Origin: Priapulus caudatus | Taxonomy: Eukaryota | Reading direction: 5' to 3' | Length of the DNA stretch: 64,000 bases | Assembly (NCBI RefSeq): GCF_000485595.1 | Contig: NW_014577073.1 | Location: forward strand, 544,816-608,815 | Shown: in pieces, positions 1-12,300 of the stretch | Layout of the letters: each line of letters starts with the position of its first letter | Numbering within the stretch: the stretch's first letter is position 1 | Program-made: the position numbers and the translations under genes | The notes under the pieces: generated by a model | What the model saw: only the letters and a program-made list of their open reading frames with translations | Databases searched by the model: none | What the model was told of the DNA's origin: nothing

Positions 1-102
1 AAGACGCATAGAACCTCGCACAATGATGCGAATGTGAGCGAAGACGCATAGAACCTCGCACAATGATGCGAATGTGAGCGAAGACGCATAGAACCTCGCA
101 CA
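1..102. repeat. 40-bp tandem repeat, ~2.5 copies, truncated at window edge
   Basis: Unit AAGACGCATAGAACCTCGCACAATGATGCGAATGTGAGCG; a related copy lies at ~679-735. Confidence 0.9.
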
Positions 103-1043
103 CTGATCGGCGTGGAATGACGGAAACACGTGTGCACTACATAGACCACAAGTTCCTTAGGGAAGGCACCAAATGTAAGGTTGTACTTGGCGTGACGTAT
201 AGCGGGTACCGGGTAATGAGTAACGGTAGTGTAAAACACAAATCAAACACGAACTAGAGGCGTAACGTACTACAAACACGTATATATTATAAGCCATGAC
301 AACAGTGATTTACAAATAAGCTGTAATGCGTACAGGGAACGTGCAATACAACAGTTGGGTGAAACAATGGGGAGAGGAGTTCTCCCGGTCCAAGCGCGGC
401 GCGCCTTTTATATGAGCCCGGACTTCGTGACCGACATCCGGGCATTATCTTCTCACCTCCTGAGCTTCGCCAGGTCGCATCCCTATGCGCCCTGCGAACA
501 AACGTTGCTTCGCGTGCACCGCGTGCCCCCTCCCCGCACTCCATCTGTCGACCACGCTATCTGGTCAGTTTATTAGACACCTCTATACTTGCTCTGTGTG
601 CGACATCTCTGCTTGCTATAGGCGCCCTGAATAATTTAGTGAGCTCGCGTAATGCTAGCTCGCGCGTAGCATCGCTACACAATGATGCGAATGTGAGCGA
701 AGACGCATGCACGGAACCTCGCACAATGATGCGAACAATACGATCAAGATCAAGAAAATTTCCAAGCATAACTTGTCACTACTCCTATCTTAGAAAAACA
801 AGCACGATGCTCATGATGGACCCGAGCTGAGATTCAATTAATATCAATTATTAATATCAATATCAATTATCGATGAACGAGACGGAGGATAGTCTTCAAT
901 GAGATGCAATACAAATGCATGGTTGTGCATCTTCAGCCGGGATACCACAAATTTTACATTTCATACTGACATTTTGCTAATAAAATGCCAGTGACGCCTT
1001 CTACGCTTACCTATTATATATACTCTACCTAGATACCTAATAC

Positions 1044-1083
1044 CAAGAGTCCGCAATAGAAAAGCCTCTATTATGGACTCTTG
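1044..1083. mobile_element. 40-bp palindromic micro-MITE with 7-bp target-site duplication
   Basis: CAAGAGTCC...GGACTCTTG hairpin flanked by CTAATAC at 1037-1043 and 1084-1090. Confidence 0.6.
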
Positions 1084-2044
1084 CTAATACCTCTACCTAG
1101 TTATTCAACGCTTACCGTGATACTACGCTGAATAATCTAGAAGGGGGGGGGGGGATCACACAGCTGTCTGTCTATAGTTTGCGCGTCAATAATGATGTTC
1201 AGGCCGGTGTATTTCTGGACGTATATAAGAGAAACCCACATATACACCGCAAAACGTTTATTGCACTTTTTATTCATGTGTAATTTTTATTACATTTTAT
1301 ACTTTTACAATATATAATATATAAGTTTTATTACATTGTCTAAAAAGAGAAAGTAGTCTATCTAAAAATGTGCGAAAATCAGGGCAGGCATGCAGGTAGC
1401 AGCAACGTTTGCAATAAAATCAGCCTTTTGCAAGAAATTACCAATAGTAGAAGCCAACAGATCTAGATTGTGTAAAACTTTACCAAGTTTGTAATAGAAT
1501 CCAGCCAGCTTTTCTCGTAAATTCAGCTGCAGTCCGTTTACGTGATCGAATTGGTTTTTATAAATGGTTGGTGACAACGGCGTGAGCTACGGTACGTTAC
1601 AGTATACTTTCGTAAATTGAAGAAAGCCTTCATAAAAACATAAAATAGCGAATATGTGCACAATGAACACAACGATAGTTTGATACATAAGGGTTACGCA
1701 TAATGTAAAATTCGAAAAAATCGCTTCAAATGTACTTTTCGTTCGCAATCAGCTGTTCTAGGTTCTGCACCGCACGTTCCATTGCTCAGTGATACCGCTG
1801 TCACCATGGTTATGTTTGTGCGTCTTTGCCACAAGCATGCATTTTTAGACGTGAAGATCTAAGATGATAACAACGTGGGTAGTTTTCCATTTTCGATTAT
1901 ATAAGATATCACGTAAGCACATCAAATATCCTTTTCGTCCACTAGCGTGGGTAACAAGACCGTGTTACAAATCATATGAGTAATGGTAATGAAATAAATT
2001 TCATTGTATTACTAATAAAATAATTATATATATATATATATATA

Positions 2045-3499
2045 TTATGTATTTATATCTACTGGATTAATGTCGTCGCCGCCAGGTGGCCCCACGCAAC
2101 CAACATCGCAGCCTGCGTGCGTGGCATCGACACGCGAGATCTCGCGACAGACGACGGGTACGGCTAGCAAATTTCCGGTCTTTGCGCTGACGCTCGCGCG
2201 ACCGTCATCAGCGGCGTCGCTTGCTACATCCGCAGGCGCCACCTGGCAACCGACGGCTTCTGACGGCCGAGAGATGGCGCTCTGCATGGTAGCCGAGCTG
2301 GTCGCGGCGGCGCGGACGCTAGACGGCGTGACCTCCGTGATCGGACGGACGACGTTCGAGTGCGGGACTTCGGGATGGACGACGGCAGACGCCGACGCGC
2401 GTCCGCACGACAGCAGCTCGCGAAAGGCCGTGCGGAACTCGTCGTTAACGTATGCGTAGATCCACGGATTGACGGCCGAGTTGAGAAAGACCATCATCAT
2501 CGTGATACGGCGTCCGGCGGCGTACGCGGCCGAGTATCCGCGCACGGCAAGCACGAGCGAGTTGAGCACGTACGGCAGCGTGCAGACGACGTGCGCGACG
2601 ACGACGATCAACATCAGCTTCGCCGTACGGTTCCAGCGTTGGAAGCGCGCCGCGTGCTCCCGCCGACGCGTCGACGTCGTCGTGGCGAGCCGACGCCGGT
2701 GGCGCCGCCGTACGACGGTGTACATGTGCGCGTAGAGCGACGACATCGCCACCATGATGACGATGAGGTGGACGAATAGCACGTACAGCGCCAGCTTATT
2801 GACGACCATCTCGGAGAGGCAGCGGCCGACGTCGGCGTACGTGTCGGCGAACAGCGTCGGCGTGCTCACGGCGACCGAGTACAGCCATGTGGCGGCGATC
2901 ATCAGCCGCACGGAGCGCGGGTTGAAGCAGAGCTTGTAGCTCATCGGGCAGCTGATGGCGATGAAGCGCTCGACAGTGACTACGAGCAGCATGATGACCG
3001 ACTCGGTCGTGTGCACTAAGCCGAGAAAGACGGAGACGAGGCACGTGGCGCGCTCGACGTGGAACGTCGTCAGCGGGAAGGTGACGGCAACGTTGACGCC
3101 CACCAGCAGGTCGGTGACAGCGAGGTTGACGACGAACCAGTTGGTGAAGTTCTGCAGCCGTTTGAAGCGACGCACGGCGACGATGACGACTGTGTTCGTG
3201 GCGATGATGAACAGACAGAACACGGAGAGAACACCCTGGAATCCATAGATGAAGCTCAGCGATAGGCGCATCTTGAATTCGCCTCCTCCTCCTCCTCCTC
3301 CTCCTCCTCCTCCTCCTCCGTCTCCTTCTTGTCCTCCTCCACCGTCCTTAGTCGCGTTGAACCACGTTTCGTTCATGTCAACAGACTTCTTCATGGCGCC
3401 TCGCACGGATGATGTCGTCGTCGACGATCGCCGAGCAGGTGTGCGGCGGGCGGCGTCGCTGCGAGACGACGCATGCACGCCGACGCGTTTCGCCACCAT
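2045..3499 (-). CDS. Intronless rhodopsin-class (class A) GPCR, orphan; start may be the downstream Met of MKKSVDMNETW
   Basis: 484-aa ORF with 7 hydrophobic segments; TM1 ATN, TM2 NLAVTDLL, TM3 C...VERF, TM4 W, TM6 CTLPY, TM7 NSAVNPWIY, helix 8 FRTAF; N-terminal sequons NET and NAT. Confidence 0.93.
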   Translation of the reverse strand: MVAKRVGVHASSRSDAARRTPARRSSTTTSSVRGAMKKSVDMNETWFNATKDGGGGQEGDGGGGGGGGGGGGGEFKMRLSLSFIYGFQGVLSVFCLFIIATNTVVIVAVRRFKRLQNFTNWFVVNLAVTDLLVGVNVAVTFPLTTFHVERATCLVSVFLGLVHTTESVIMLLVVTVERFIAISCPMSYKLCFNPRSVRLMIAATWLYSVAVSTPTLFADTYADVGRCLSEMVVNKLALYVLFVHLIVIMVAMSSLYAHMYTVVRRRHRRRLATTTSTRRREHAARFQRWNRTAKLMLIVVVAHVVCTLPYVLNSLVLAVRGYSAAYAAGRRITMMMVFLNSAVNPWIYAYVNDEFRTAFRELLSCGRASASAVVHPEVPHSNVVRPITEVTPSSVRAAATSSATMQSAISRPSEAVGCQVAPADVASDAADDGRASVSAKTGNLLAVPVVCREISRVDATHAGCDVGCVGPPGGDDINPVDINT

Positions 3500-4280
3500 G
3501 CGCCGACGAGCGAATCACGTTAGCTCTCGCGAGACACATCACCCAATTGTGACATCCTAGCGTCGATCATACTTTTTGCAGGTGAAAACTTTTCGCGCTG
3601 CAATTAGGCGATGAAATGCGAGAGGCGGCACCCACGTCCAGCTGTGAGAGGTATAACGTGCGCAATTCGCATTTTTTCGGTTAAAAAACACATGCGACAG
3701 AAACGAATGTAGATTAGAATTTCCCGTCCACGAGTCCATTTCACGTGCGACACTCACCTGGGCAGACGAACAATAGCGACACGAGCCTGTAAACATATCA
3801 TGATGCTAGATTAGCGCTGGTCATCGCACTCAGCAGGATTAGCTCGCGCTACGCGATACCGTATCATAAGCAGAAACATTACAATATACGATGTTATCCA
3901 ATATGAACGCGAACGCGGGTGGCTTCCCTAATACCCACAATACCTAATACACACGCGCACGGAAAGGTAATTTTCGTCACAGGTGTCGCTAATGGCTTGC
4001 ATATTAAATTTCGCATTGCTCTGTCGGTTTCTCGTCGTGATTCAAAATGGCGTCGTGGCGGCTGCCTAATGGTGAGCGCTCGCTGCTTTGTGATGATAGG
4101 TTGTGCCTTGAGCACGGCAATCTATTGCGATTAACTTCATTGCAAGCCAGCTGCACGCACGCCGCCTCCATTCACCGCCAAAACGAGAGGTACCGGTGAC
4201 AAGTTCGCACCCACAAAATAACCCCCATTAGGCGAAATTACATTGCGTTACAGGGTTGTCTGCTTGATATCATGATTATA

Positions 4281-4343
4281 ACGCACGCATGCACACACAC
4301 ACACACACACACACGCGCGCGCGTACACACACGCATGCACACG

Positions 4344-4382
<39 letters not shown>
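4281..4382. repeat. (CA)n / CACG microsatellite
   Basis: Directly visible. Confidence 0.9.
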
Positions 4383-4385
<3 letters not shown>

Positions 4386-5878
4386 GTTGATAAACGGTGG
4401 CCTAGTATATTATGATTAGTAGGCCCCTACTCAGCACATCAGAATGTAAAGTTGAGCTCTTGATCAGCAAGAGCCGATTTTGCGATTAGCTTTATAGAAG
4501 CCAAGTCCAGCCAGTCATAGAAATGAATCTTCCGTCGCTACATCACGCGATTGCGGTACATCTATAAAAACCTCACCCCGTATCACCATCCCGTGCTGCA
4601 GGCACCAACGCAACGCAGTTTTCTGGGATTCCACGTGTTAAGACGCGCCATAAAACATTAAAAAAAACATTATGTTGGTATAACAGCACGAACGGATTGT
4701 GAACGAACCGAAACATTCAAAGCGAAGAATTTCGTGACATTTTTTGCAAATGTTTATTAGCCTGCGTTATAGCACGGTGACACAATATCAAATAATTACA
4801 TCATTTCTCTTTTTCTAACAGCATCTACACGAGCAACTCAACGACCAATGAATATACAAACTAAACCGCGCTTCACACACGCGGCTGCTAAATATAGCTG
4901 TTAGAGAGATCAGCGAGCGTGTACATATATATTCGCTGACCAGCGATCTGCTGCATATCCGCTGCAAAGCCGTAGCAAGTGCACGCACGTGGTCCCGAAA
5001 TACGTCACCCTTGCCGCTGTATAAAATTATCAAGTAAATTGATAAGTAGACATCGTTCGTAAAACTATCTGTACAGCTCGCCGCCGGCTACATCGTTACT
5101 GCAAAGTACGCATACGACGCTTACCTCGTGTGAGTATAGCCCACACGATGCCTACAACTTGCTGCCACCCTGCCACCTGCGCCAGGTATGCAGTGGTCAC
5201 CTGCCACCCTCGCCAGATAACGGATGCGTTCCTGCTACCATCACCAGGTAGGGGATGCGTTCCTGCTACCTCTTCTAGGTATGAGATGCCAGCCTGCCAC
5301 CAGTGCCAGGTAAGAAATGCTATCCGGCTACCTGCGCTAGATGAGAGGTGCTATCCAATATGCTATATAAATCGAAGTATTATTTCAGATCAGGGCAATA
5401 CCGTTATATAGTACATGTATATAGGATATAGTACAGACCAATCAATATGTACACGCGTACGTAACACGAGCCCAGCATTTGTCACATAGTGAAGCAGCAA
5501 CTGTACTAATGTCCAGTGGGAAGGCTAAGGAATAATCCACTGTAGAAGTATCAAGGGATAACGTCTAGCAAGAGGATTACATGGGTAGCATCCAGGATGA
5601 AGCTCGGGGGATAACTTCCCATAGGATGGTTCAGGAATAAAGACGAGTGCGAGCATAGGGGATAATTCCCGGTAGCATGGGATAACGGCTGGTGACACAC
5701 GGCTGTGTGGAGGCGTCGTGTCGGCAGCCGCGTCGTGATAAAACCTCGCGACGCGAGTCTAAGAAAAGCGAGATCACAGTGACTTGGCATGATTACGACT
5801 CCCCCCCCCCCCCCCCACGAGGCGTCGCGACCCCTCGCCGCGACCTCGGAGACGCGACGTCCGCCGCCTCGCGAGACA

Positions 5879-6357
5879 TCAGTTCTCGATGAAGGACAGC
5901 AGCGTCTCAATGTTCTTCACCGCGCTGTCGAGCCACTTCGCCGGCTTCGTCGATGGCGCCACCTTGTGGAGCTTGCCTGCGCGGCCGCCAGGGGGCGCAT
6001 CCGTCTCGGCGGCGACCCTCGTGTCCGAGTCGGACGTCTCGCGTTCCGGCGGCGGCTCCGATCCGGAGGGCTTTCTCTCCGTTCCGGAGTCCTTCGTCTC
6101 GTCATCGACCCGCGCCTCCTCCTTGTCGCCGGCGGAAGCCGACGTCTCGCTCGCGGCGTCCTCGACTCTCGTCCCGGGATCCTCCGTCGAGGGCTTCCCC
6201 GGCGCGGCCGAGCTTCCCGGCTGCGCGCCGGTGTCCGCGGAGTCGCCTCCCCCCGCCGCCGCCACCGCCGGGGACGCCGCGCGGCTCGTGCGACCCGCCT
6301 CGCCCGGCGGCCCGTCGCCGGGGCGACCCTGCCTCCTCCCTGCTGCTGACTCGCCTT
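5879..6357 (-). CDS. USP34: USP34 last coding exon (EGESAAGRR...KWLDSAVKNIETLLSFIEN*)
   Basis: Pyrimidine-rich CAG acceptor, phase 1 matches previous exon; low-complexity acidic tail. Confidence 0.75.
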
Positions 6358-9300
6358 CTGGAAGCAAGAGAAAGAGAGAGAGAGCTGACGCATTAGGCAC
6401 GAGTGCGGGAGATGCACGGATCTCGTTTCTTCGGCTAACCTTCGAGGGCGGGGACCTTTCGTGACGGAGGGACGGTTGTCTACGCCGAGCAACAGCGGTG
6501 AAACGATAGCGAATTAGTGGTCAGGTGACGCTGGTTTGGATTCAATCGTTACTCTCAGTGCTGTATTATTGTTAGTTATGAACTACTTGTAAGGTAGAGG
6601 TTTTACTACAGACATACCTTCACTGCTACACTGTTAGGTATGAACTACTTGTAAGATAGAGGTTTTACTACAGACATACCTTCACTGCTACACTGTTAGG
6701 TATGAACTACTTGTAAGATAGAGGTTTTACTACAGACATACCTTCACTGCTGTATGTTGGGGATTGACCACGAGTGAGTTCCCTTGCCTTCGCTTGCTGG
6801 TTCCTGAACTGCTCAAGTAGGAGATGAACTGTCTCCATAAACTCCTCGCTCAAATCACCATCGCAAGGTGGCGCCACCGAGAATATGAGCATCAGGGCTC
6901 GAATGTCCTTGAAATGGATTACGACAAAATTGTTGTGATCAGCAGAAACAAAAGCGAGGCGCGGATTGTGCTGGGCTTACCTTTAATCTCAGATGATTAA
7001 AGGTTAGAATATATGTCGGTGATTGGAATCATTAGAATAAGCAGCAAGAAGTCTTATAAATAGCTCCCCCGTTAGATTAAAATAGCACTAGAAAGATTTA
7101 ATCATTAAGGGTACATGTAAAGACAAAGGACTTCTGATGGATATTTGAAAACAGGCAACATGACAACATCCGTGTTTGCTCAACAGTGCATGCTATTGTC
7201 GAAATGGAAAAAAATGTGCTATGCTCGAACTGATATATTGTCTGAAACCCCACGGCCTGTAAATGAAATGCCTTATTAGCTAGCTACACAGTGAAAGCCA
7301 ACTATAAGCATTAAACATCTATCCATGCAGCAAAAAATACCATGGTATCTGCAGGGCCGTAGCCAACTCATTTTGCCTGGGGGAGAGGGCTCAAAGCCTT
7401 CAAGTTCAGACCACGTGCAGTTTTGTGTTGTGGGCAGTTGACCATGGTCAGCCAGTACGCCATTGGTTACTGATAATCTACTACTACTATCAGGTAATTT
7501 GAATGATTTTCGTTCCAATGCTGTCAATTAGATTTTGAATGAAGGGAGAACAGACATTTAAAATGTGCAACCTGCAGTGAACACGTAGCGTTGGGACAGC
7601 GATCTGAGACTTTAGCTTAGACACCATTCATACTGAAGCTCATAACAGATGTTCCATCATAGCCTTGGCCAACAAGATGTCCAATCCCCAACTAGGTGGT
7701 GCTTCCAAAATGTAATCAGCCATATTTGTTGCATAGACTGTTGCTAACTTGATTAAGCCAACGAAATGATCACACACTTCATCGTCCACGTTCACCTATC
7801 GTAGACAGAGAGTCACTTGCTCTGACGTTGACACATCATCAGTCTCATAACTCCAATATCGTGATCGTGAATTGTTCGATCTTATGCGTTCTCTAATCTC
7901 TTTCACACAAATAGCAACGAATTTTGTTCTGTATCTGGGATGATGTGTATTTTGCATTGCGCTCTGAATGCTGTATATGGTCAGCCAAATTCTACATCAC
8001 ATCATGATTTCCAGTCTACGAAAAAAACAAAATTTCCATCTTCGGTTGCTCTCTCTTTGTCCAAGTTTCCCCAACACGGTATACCCCGCTCTTGCCTAGT
8101 GCAGTTACAATATATTATATTACTGACAAAATGCCTTTTTTTGTACGAATCTGAACATCAGCTGCGTCTTTCAGCACTCCAGCAGAATCCCAAAGCCTGC
8201 TTTCTAGCATTGATGCAAGAAGTGTTCTTCCCCCTCCTTACACCATCCTGCAGCTACGGCCCTCTAACGAACACGGTGCTTAACACACATGCGACCAACA
8301 ACACTACACTGGCATGCACGACGTACTGGGGTATGGTTCGCCTCCACACTTACCCCACACAGTGTGTTCGCCAGCTTGCTCAGCTCGGTGACCATGTCGG
8401 CGCGTGCGATTCTCTCCTGCAGCGTCATCAGCGAGCTCGTGATGCACTCCACCAGGTTCTTGTTGTTCTGCTCAGTCAGCACCTGCCGTGACACCTGTCG
8501 ACAGGTAAGTGTAGGTAAGACAGAGTAGGAGTAGGTAGAGGTAAGCATTGACAGGTGTGTAGGTAAGACAGAGCACCACACTAGATAGAGGCAAGCATTG
8601 ACAGGTGTGTAGGTAAGACAGAGCACCACACTAGGTAGAGGTAAGCATTGCCAGGTGTGTAGGTAAGACAGAGCACCACACTAGGTAGAGGTAAGCATTG
8701 ACAAGTAAGTGTAAGCAAGACAGTGTGGCACAAGTTAGAGGCAAGCATTGAACGAGATAAGAAGGCAGAGCTCTGCATGCAGTATAGCCAAGAAGTGACC
8801 ATCAATACACTCATCACATAATTGAGTTCGTATTTTCCTATGAATTCTAAGCTCGTTATTACAAGGTCAGAAGCTTAGATATACAAGAGGCCTACTAATT
8901 TAACCTAATCGCTATCCAAGTACAGGGTTAACATCTAAAACTACATTCAGTCACACACATGCATGCTGCTTAAGGTTTTAATTTCTGGATTATGTCGGGC
9001 AAGAGGACGACAAATTAGTCAGGATACAACAAAGAAGAAATTGCTTAAGAACTAGATCGCCTAGAACTGTCATGGCCGCCCATGCTGTCTGTACAGGCAG
9101 CAGCGATGCACATACCTTTGGGAAGAAGGTGCAGAAGAACTGGTAAATGACAGGGTTGATGAGCGATGGACGTTCATCTGTCAGCACGGCGTCGATGTAG
9201 TCGATGAGGTAGGTGGAGCCACAGAGCATCTCGATGCATTTCTTGTCGATTTGCTAGTAATTTAGAGACACAGGTTACTAAGCATTTTTCTAGCAATTTA

Positions 9301-12300
9301 TAAACACAAGTAACTAAACAATCACCTGATAATTTATTAAAACAAATATGTTCCGCTAATTATTTATCACACTATAAGATTTTACTATTACTACTATTTA
9401 TAACACAAATACCAAAACATTCCATTGGCAATTTATTAAACAAGTAACTATACATTTGGCAATCGTCCACACCTAACCGACGCGAGTACTCCATAATAGG
9501 AAAACATCAACATGTAACTATACAAACTGACTGTTACACGAAACCTCTGTTATATAGCACTGTTATATAAACCTCTGTAAAATCTCCAAGGACAACCAAT
9601 AATAGATGATCATTAAACATTCACCTCTGAATGATAAACGTCCGACCAGAGTTTAGCAAAGAGCACGGAATGGAGAGGCACGCCTTCCACGGCCACCATA
9701 CAACCTAATGAAAGGGAAGAATAGAGTCAGAAAACTTCATACGTATTAAACGATAAACATACCTCTACCATTATTAGCATAGCGAGTTCATATAGCTAGT
9801 ATGTGGTAGCACCAGCTAGTTCATGATTACACATGCTCGCTCTGCTCGTCATATCGGTGCTCACGCAATCACACCACACAAGACGACAACTTCAAAACCT
9901 CAGACGGCAGAAAACGATATGTCAAACATACTCGAATCGCGACAAACGACAAACAAACTCCACACCTAACGAACACACTACCGCATACGAAATCCTGCCC
10001 GACCGAACTGAATTTTTTCACGCGTTCGTACATCTTTGCCACCCGTCGCGCGCCACAACGTCGCATGGTGGATGGACACACGCGCGCGCGCGCATTCACT
10101 CACTCAGGTTGATGATGTTTTCGTTGATGATGCCCTGGTTGACGGCCATGCGACACAGCAGGTCGATGTACTTGTGGTAGGGACAGAAGAAGTCAGCCAA
10201 CGCCTGATCGTACGGCTCGTCTATCCCCTGTTAGCGATCGTACACGCGCGCATGAGAACGCAGCAGTGCGATAGCAGCTGACCCACGACACACACGCATA
10301 ACAGGACGTGATCGTTAAAGCCAGTGCAGCCTTTGTTATTCATTCAACTTTGTAAGGCTGGTGGGTATATCAGATATAACTTATATATCCAGGAGGGTGG
10401 TGGGTAATGGGGGCGGGGCTTCCTAGAAGCTGTATCATAACGGTTTGATGAAACATTGGCTAGAACACGGTGAGTTTTTTCGGAAGCACAAACTTACACA
10501 GAGAGAGAGAGAGAGAGAGCAAAAAATTGCAATTCTTCTCTCAGAAAGTTGCCATTCTGTTAGCATTTCTGGCAGAATACCGTCACTCTGCAGGCAAGTC
10601 TGGCAGAATGCAGTCACTCTGCAGGCAAGTCTGGCAGAATGGTGTCACTCTACTGGCAAGTCTGGCAGAATGCCATCACTCTACAGGAAAGTCTGGCAGA
10701 ATGCTGTCACTCTACCGGCAAGTCTGGCAGAATACCGTCACTCTGCAGGCAAGTCTGGCAGAATGCCGTCACTCTACTGGCAAGTCCGGCAGAGGACCAT
10801 CATTCTCCTCGCGCCGTCGTCATCGTCATCGCGGCGTGGATGCTCATACCTTACTCGACTCCACCTGGTTGACGTGCAGGAACATCTGCAGCATGGGTCG
10901 CTGCGGACGGATGTTGGCCTTGGGCGGAATAGGTTTTGGCGTCCTGCTGGGGAAGTACGGCCCCGTTTGCACTGCAAACATAATGGCAGATGCGTGATCA
11001 TTAGTGCTGTGAGAAAATCTACAACGATTTGACGTCACGACGCATTCGCGTAAAACGAAAAGAAATGGTGGCAGAACAAGGCGAGATGCTAGTGCAATTG
11101 GGCGTGGCCTATGGCTAATTAACACTTATAAAACAGTATAATATATATATGTTTAAACTTATAGTTTTTTGTATGTCGTCACTGCTACACCAGCACTGCC
11201 AGCACTATGCCACCATTTTACGGATGGAGTTCTGTCGCTCAATGGCACCGAGTGATGAGCTCGTCGAACCCACGCAGCGGCTACTGCAGTAGATCCCGAG
11301 TCCTGTAGAGACATCCACATCCCGAGACATCCACTACACATGTGCCACTATTCTATGACCAGACGTGCTCCTGTGCATGCATGTGTGCGATGCTGGCTCG
11401 ATCACTCACCCGGCCAGTTGTTGTCCTGGAACTGCTGGTGAGCATGAAGGATGATGGGAGCCAGCGTCTGGATGCTCTCGTTGGGATAGAGCAGCAGCAT
11501 CTCACGGAGAACGTCTGTAAGAGATGTAGATGTGATGCCACCCGTGCAGCTAGTCGGGTCATGACAGGTAAAGTAGTGTATGTAACGGTATATATGCCTA
11601 ATGTGCACATATCACTCAGAATGCAGACTACATACACTTACATGCTGACAAACATTTACGTACACGTACGTATACATCTTGTATGTATGCGTGCGTGCGT
11701 GCGTGCGTATATGTACATGTATATGTACACTTGACGAGTATTTAGCCTATATTATGTGTGCCTAATTACCTATTTGATAAGTACCATAGCTACACAAAAT
11801 AGACATCCGCTTAGTCTCAATTCAGATTTGACAGTGATGTCCCTTCATCCCGAACTTTTAATTAACAGTTGACCACGTTATCGGTCAACGACTACATAAG
11901 TGTCAGCGTGCGTAGTTACGTGGGTGTGCTAAACTCGCTGCGTGACACATACCGAGCGAGACCTGGCGGATTTCTCGCGGCGTATAGGAGTTGAGCAGGT
12001 AGAGGAGCTTGCGTCCAAACTCCATGCGATCCTTCCAGGAGTAAACAGCTTGCTTCACCTCGGCCACTGCGGAAAGCAGAAGACGTCGCGGTATTTTAAA
12101 GGAAATAATTTGTGTTATTTCTGCAGCTGACCGTAGACGACAACAATTAGTAGTTGCTTAGAATCACGTTAGTTAAGGTATATTGTTGGATAAACAATGG
12201 GGCAAGTTATAGCACATATAATAACACAAGCATTGTATGTTAGAGACTGCACAAGAGATGAAGCGACTAACAAAGAGATTGATGGATGAGCGCAGAAAGA

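Noticed and set aside
2070..3560. Several plus-strand ORFs over the GPCR
   Set aside because: Shadow ORFs from GC-rich codon usage; no recognisable motifs.
5155..5345. Degenerate CCTGC(T/C)ACC...CCAGGTA repeats
   Set aside because: Looks like an old decayed minisatellite; no further structure seen.
5550..5690. Recurring GGGATAA motif downstream of the USP34 stop
   Set aside because: Irregular spacing, no TIR, TSD or clear structure; cannot support a function.
5789..6492. ORFs in nearly all frames over the last USP34 exon
   Set aside because: GC-rich, stop-poor sequence; only one frame fits the splice phase.
10445..11032. 195-aa and 175-aa repetitive ORFs
   Set aside because: Translations of the 31-bp minisatellite.
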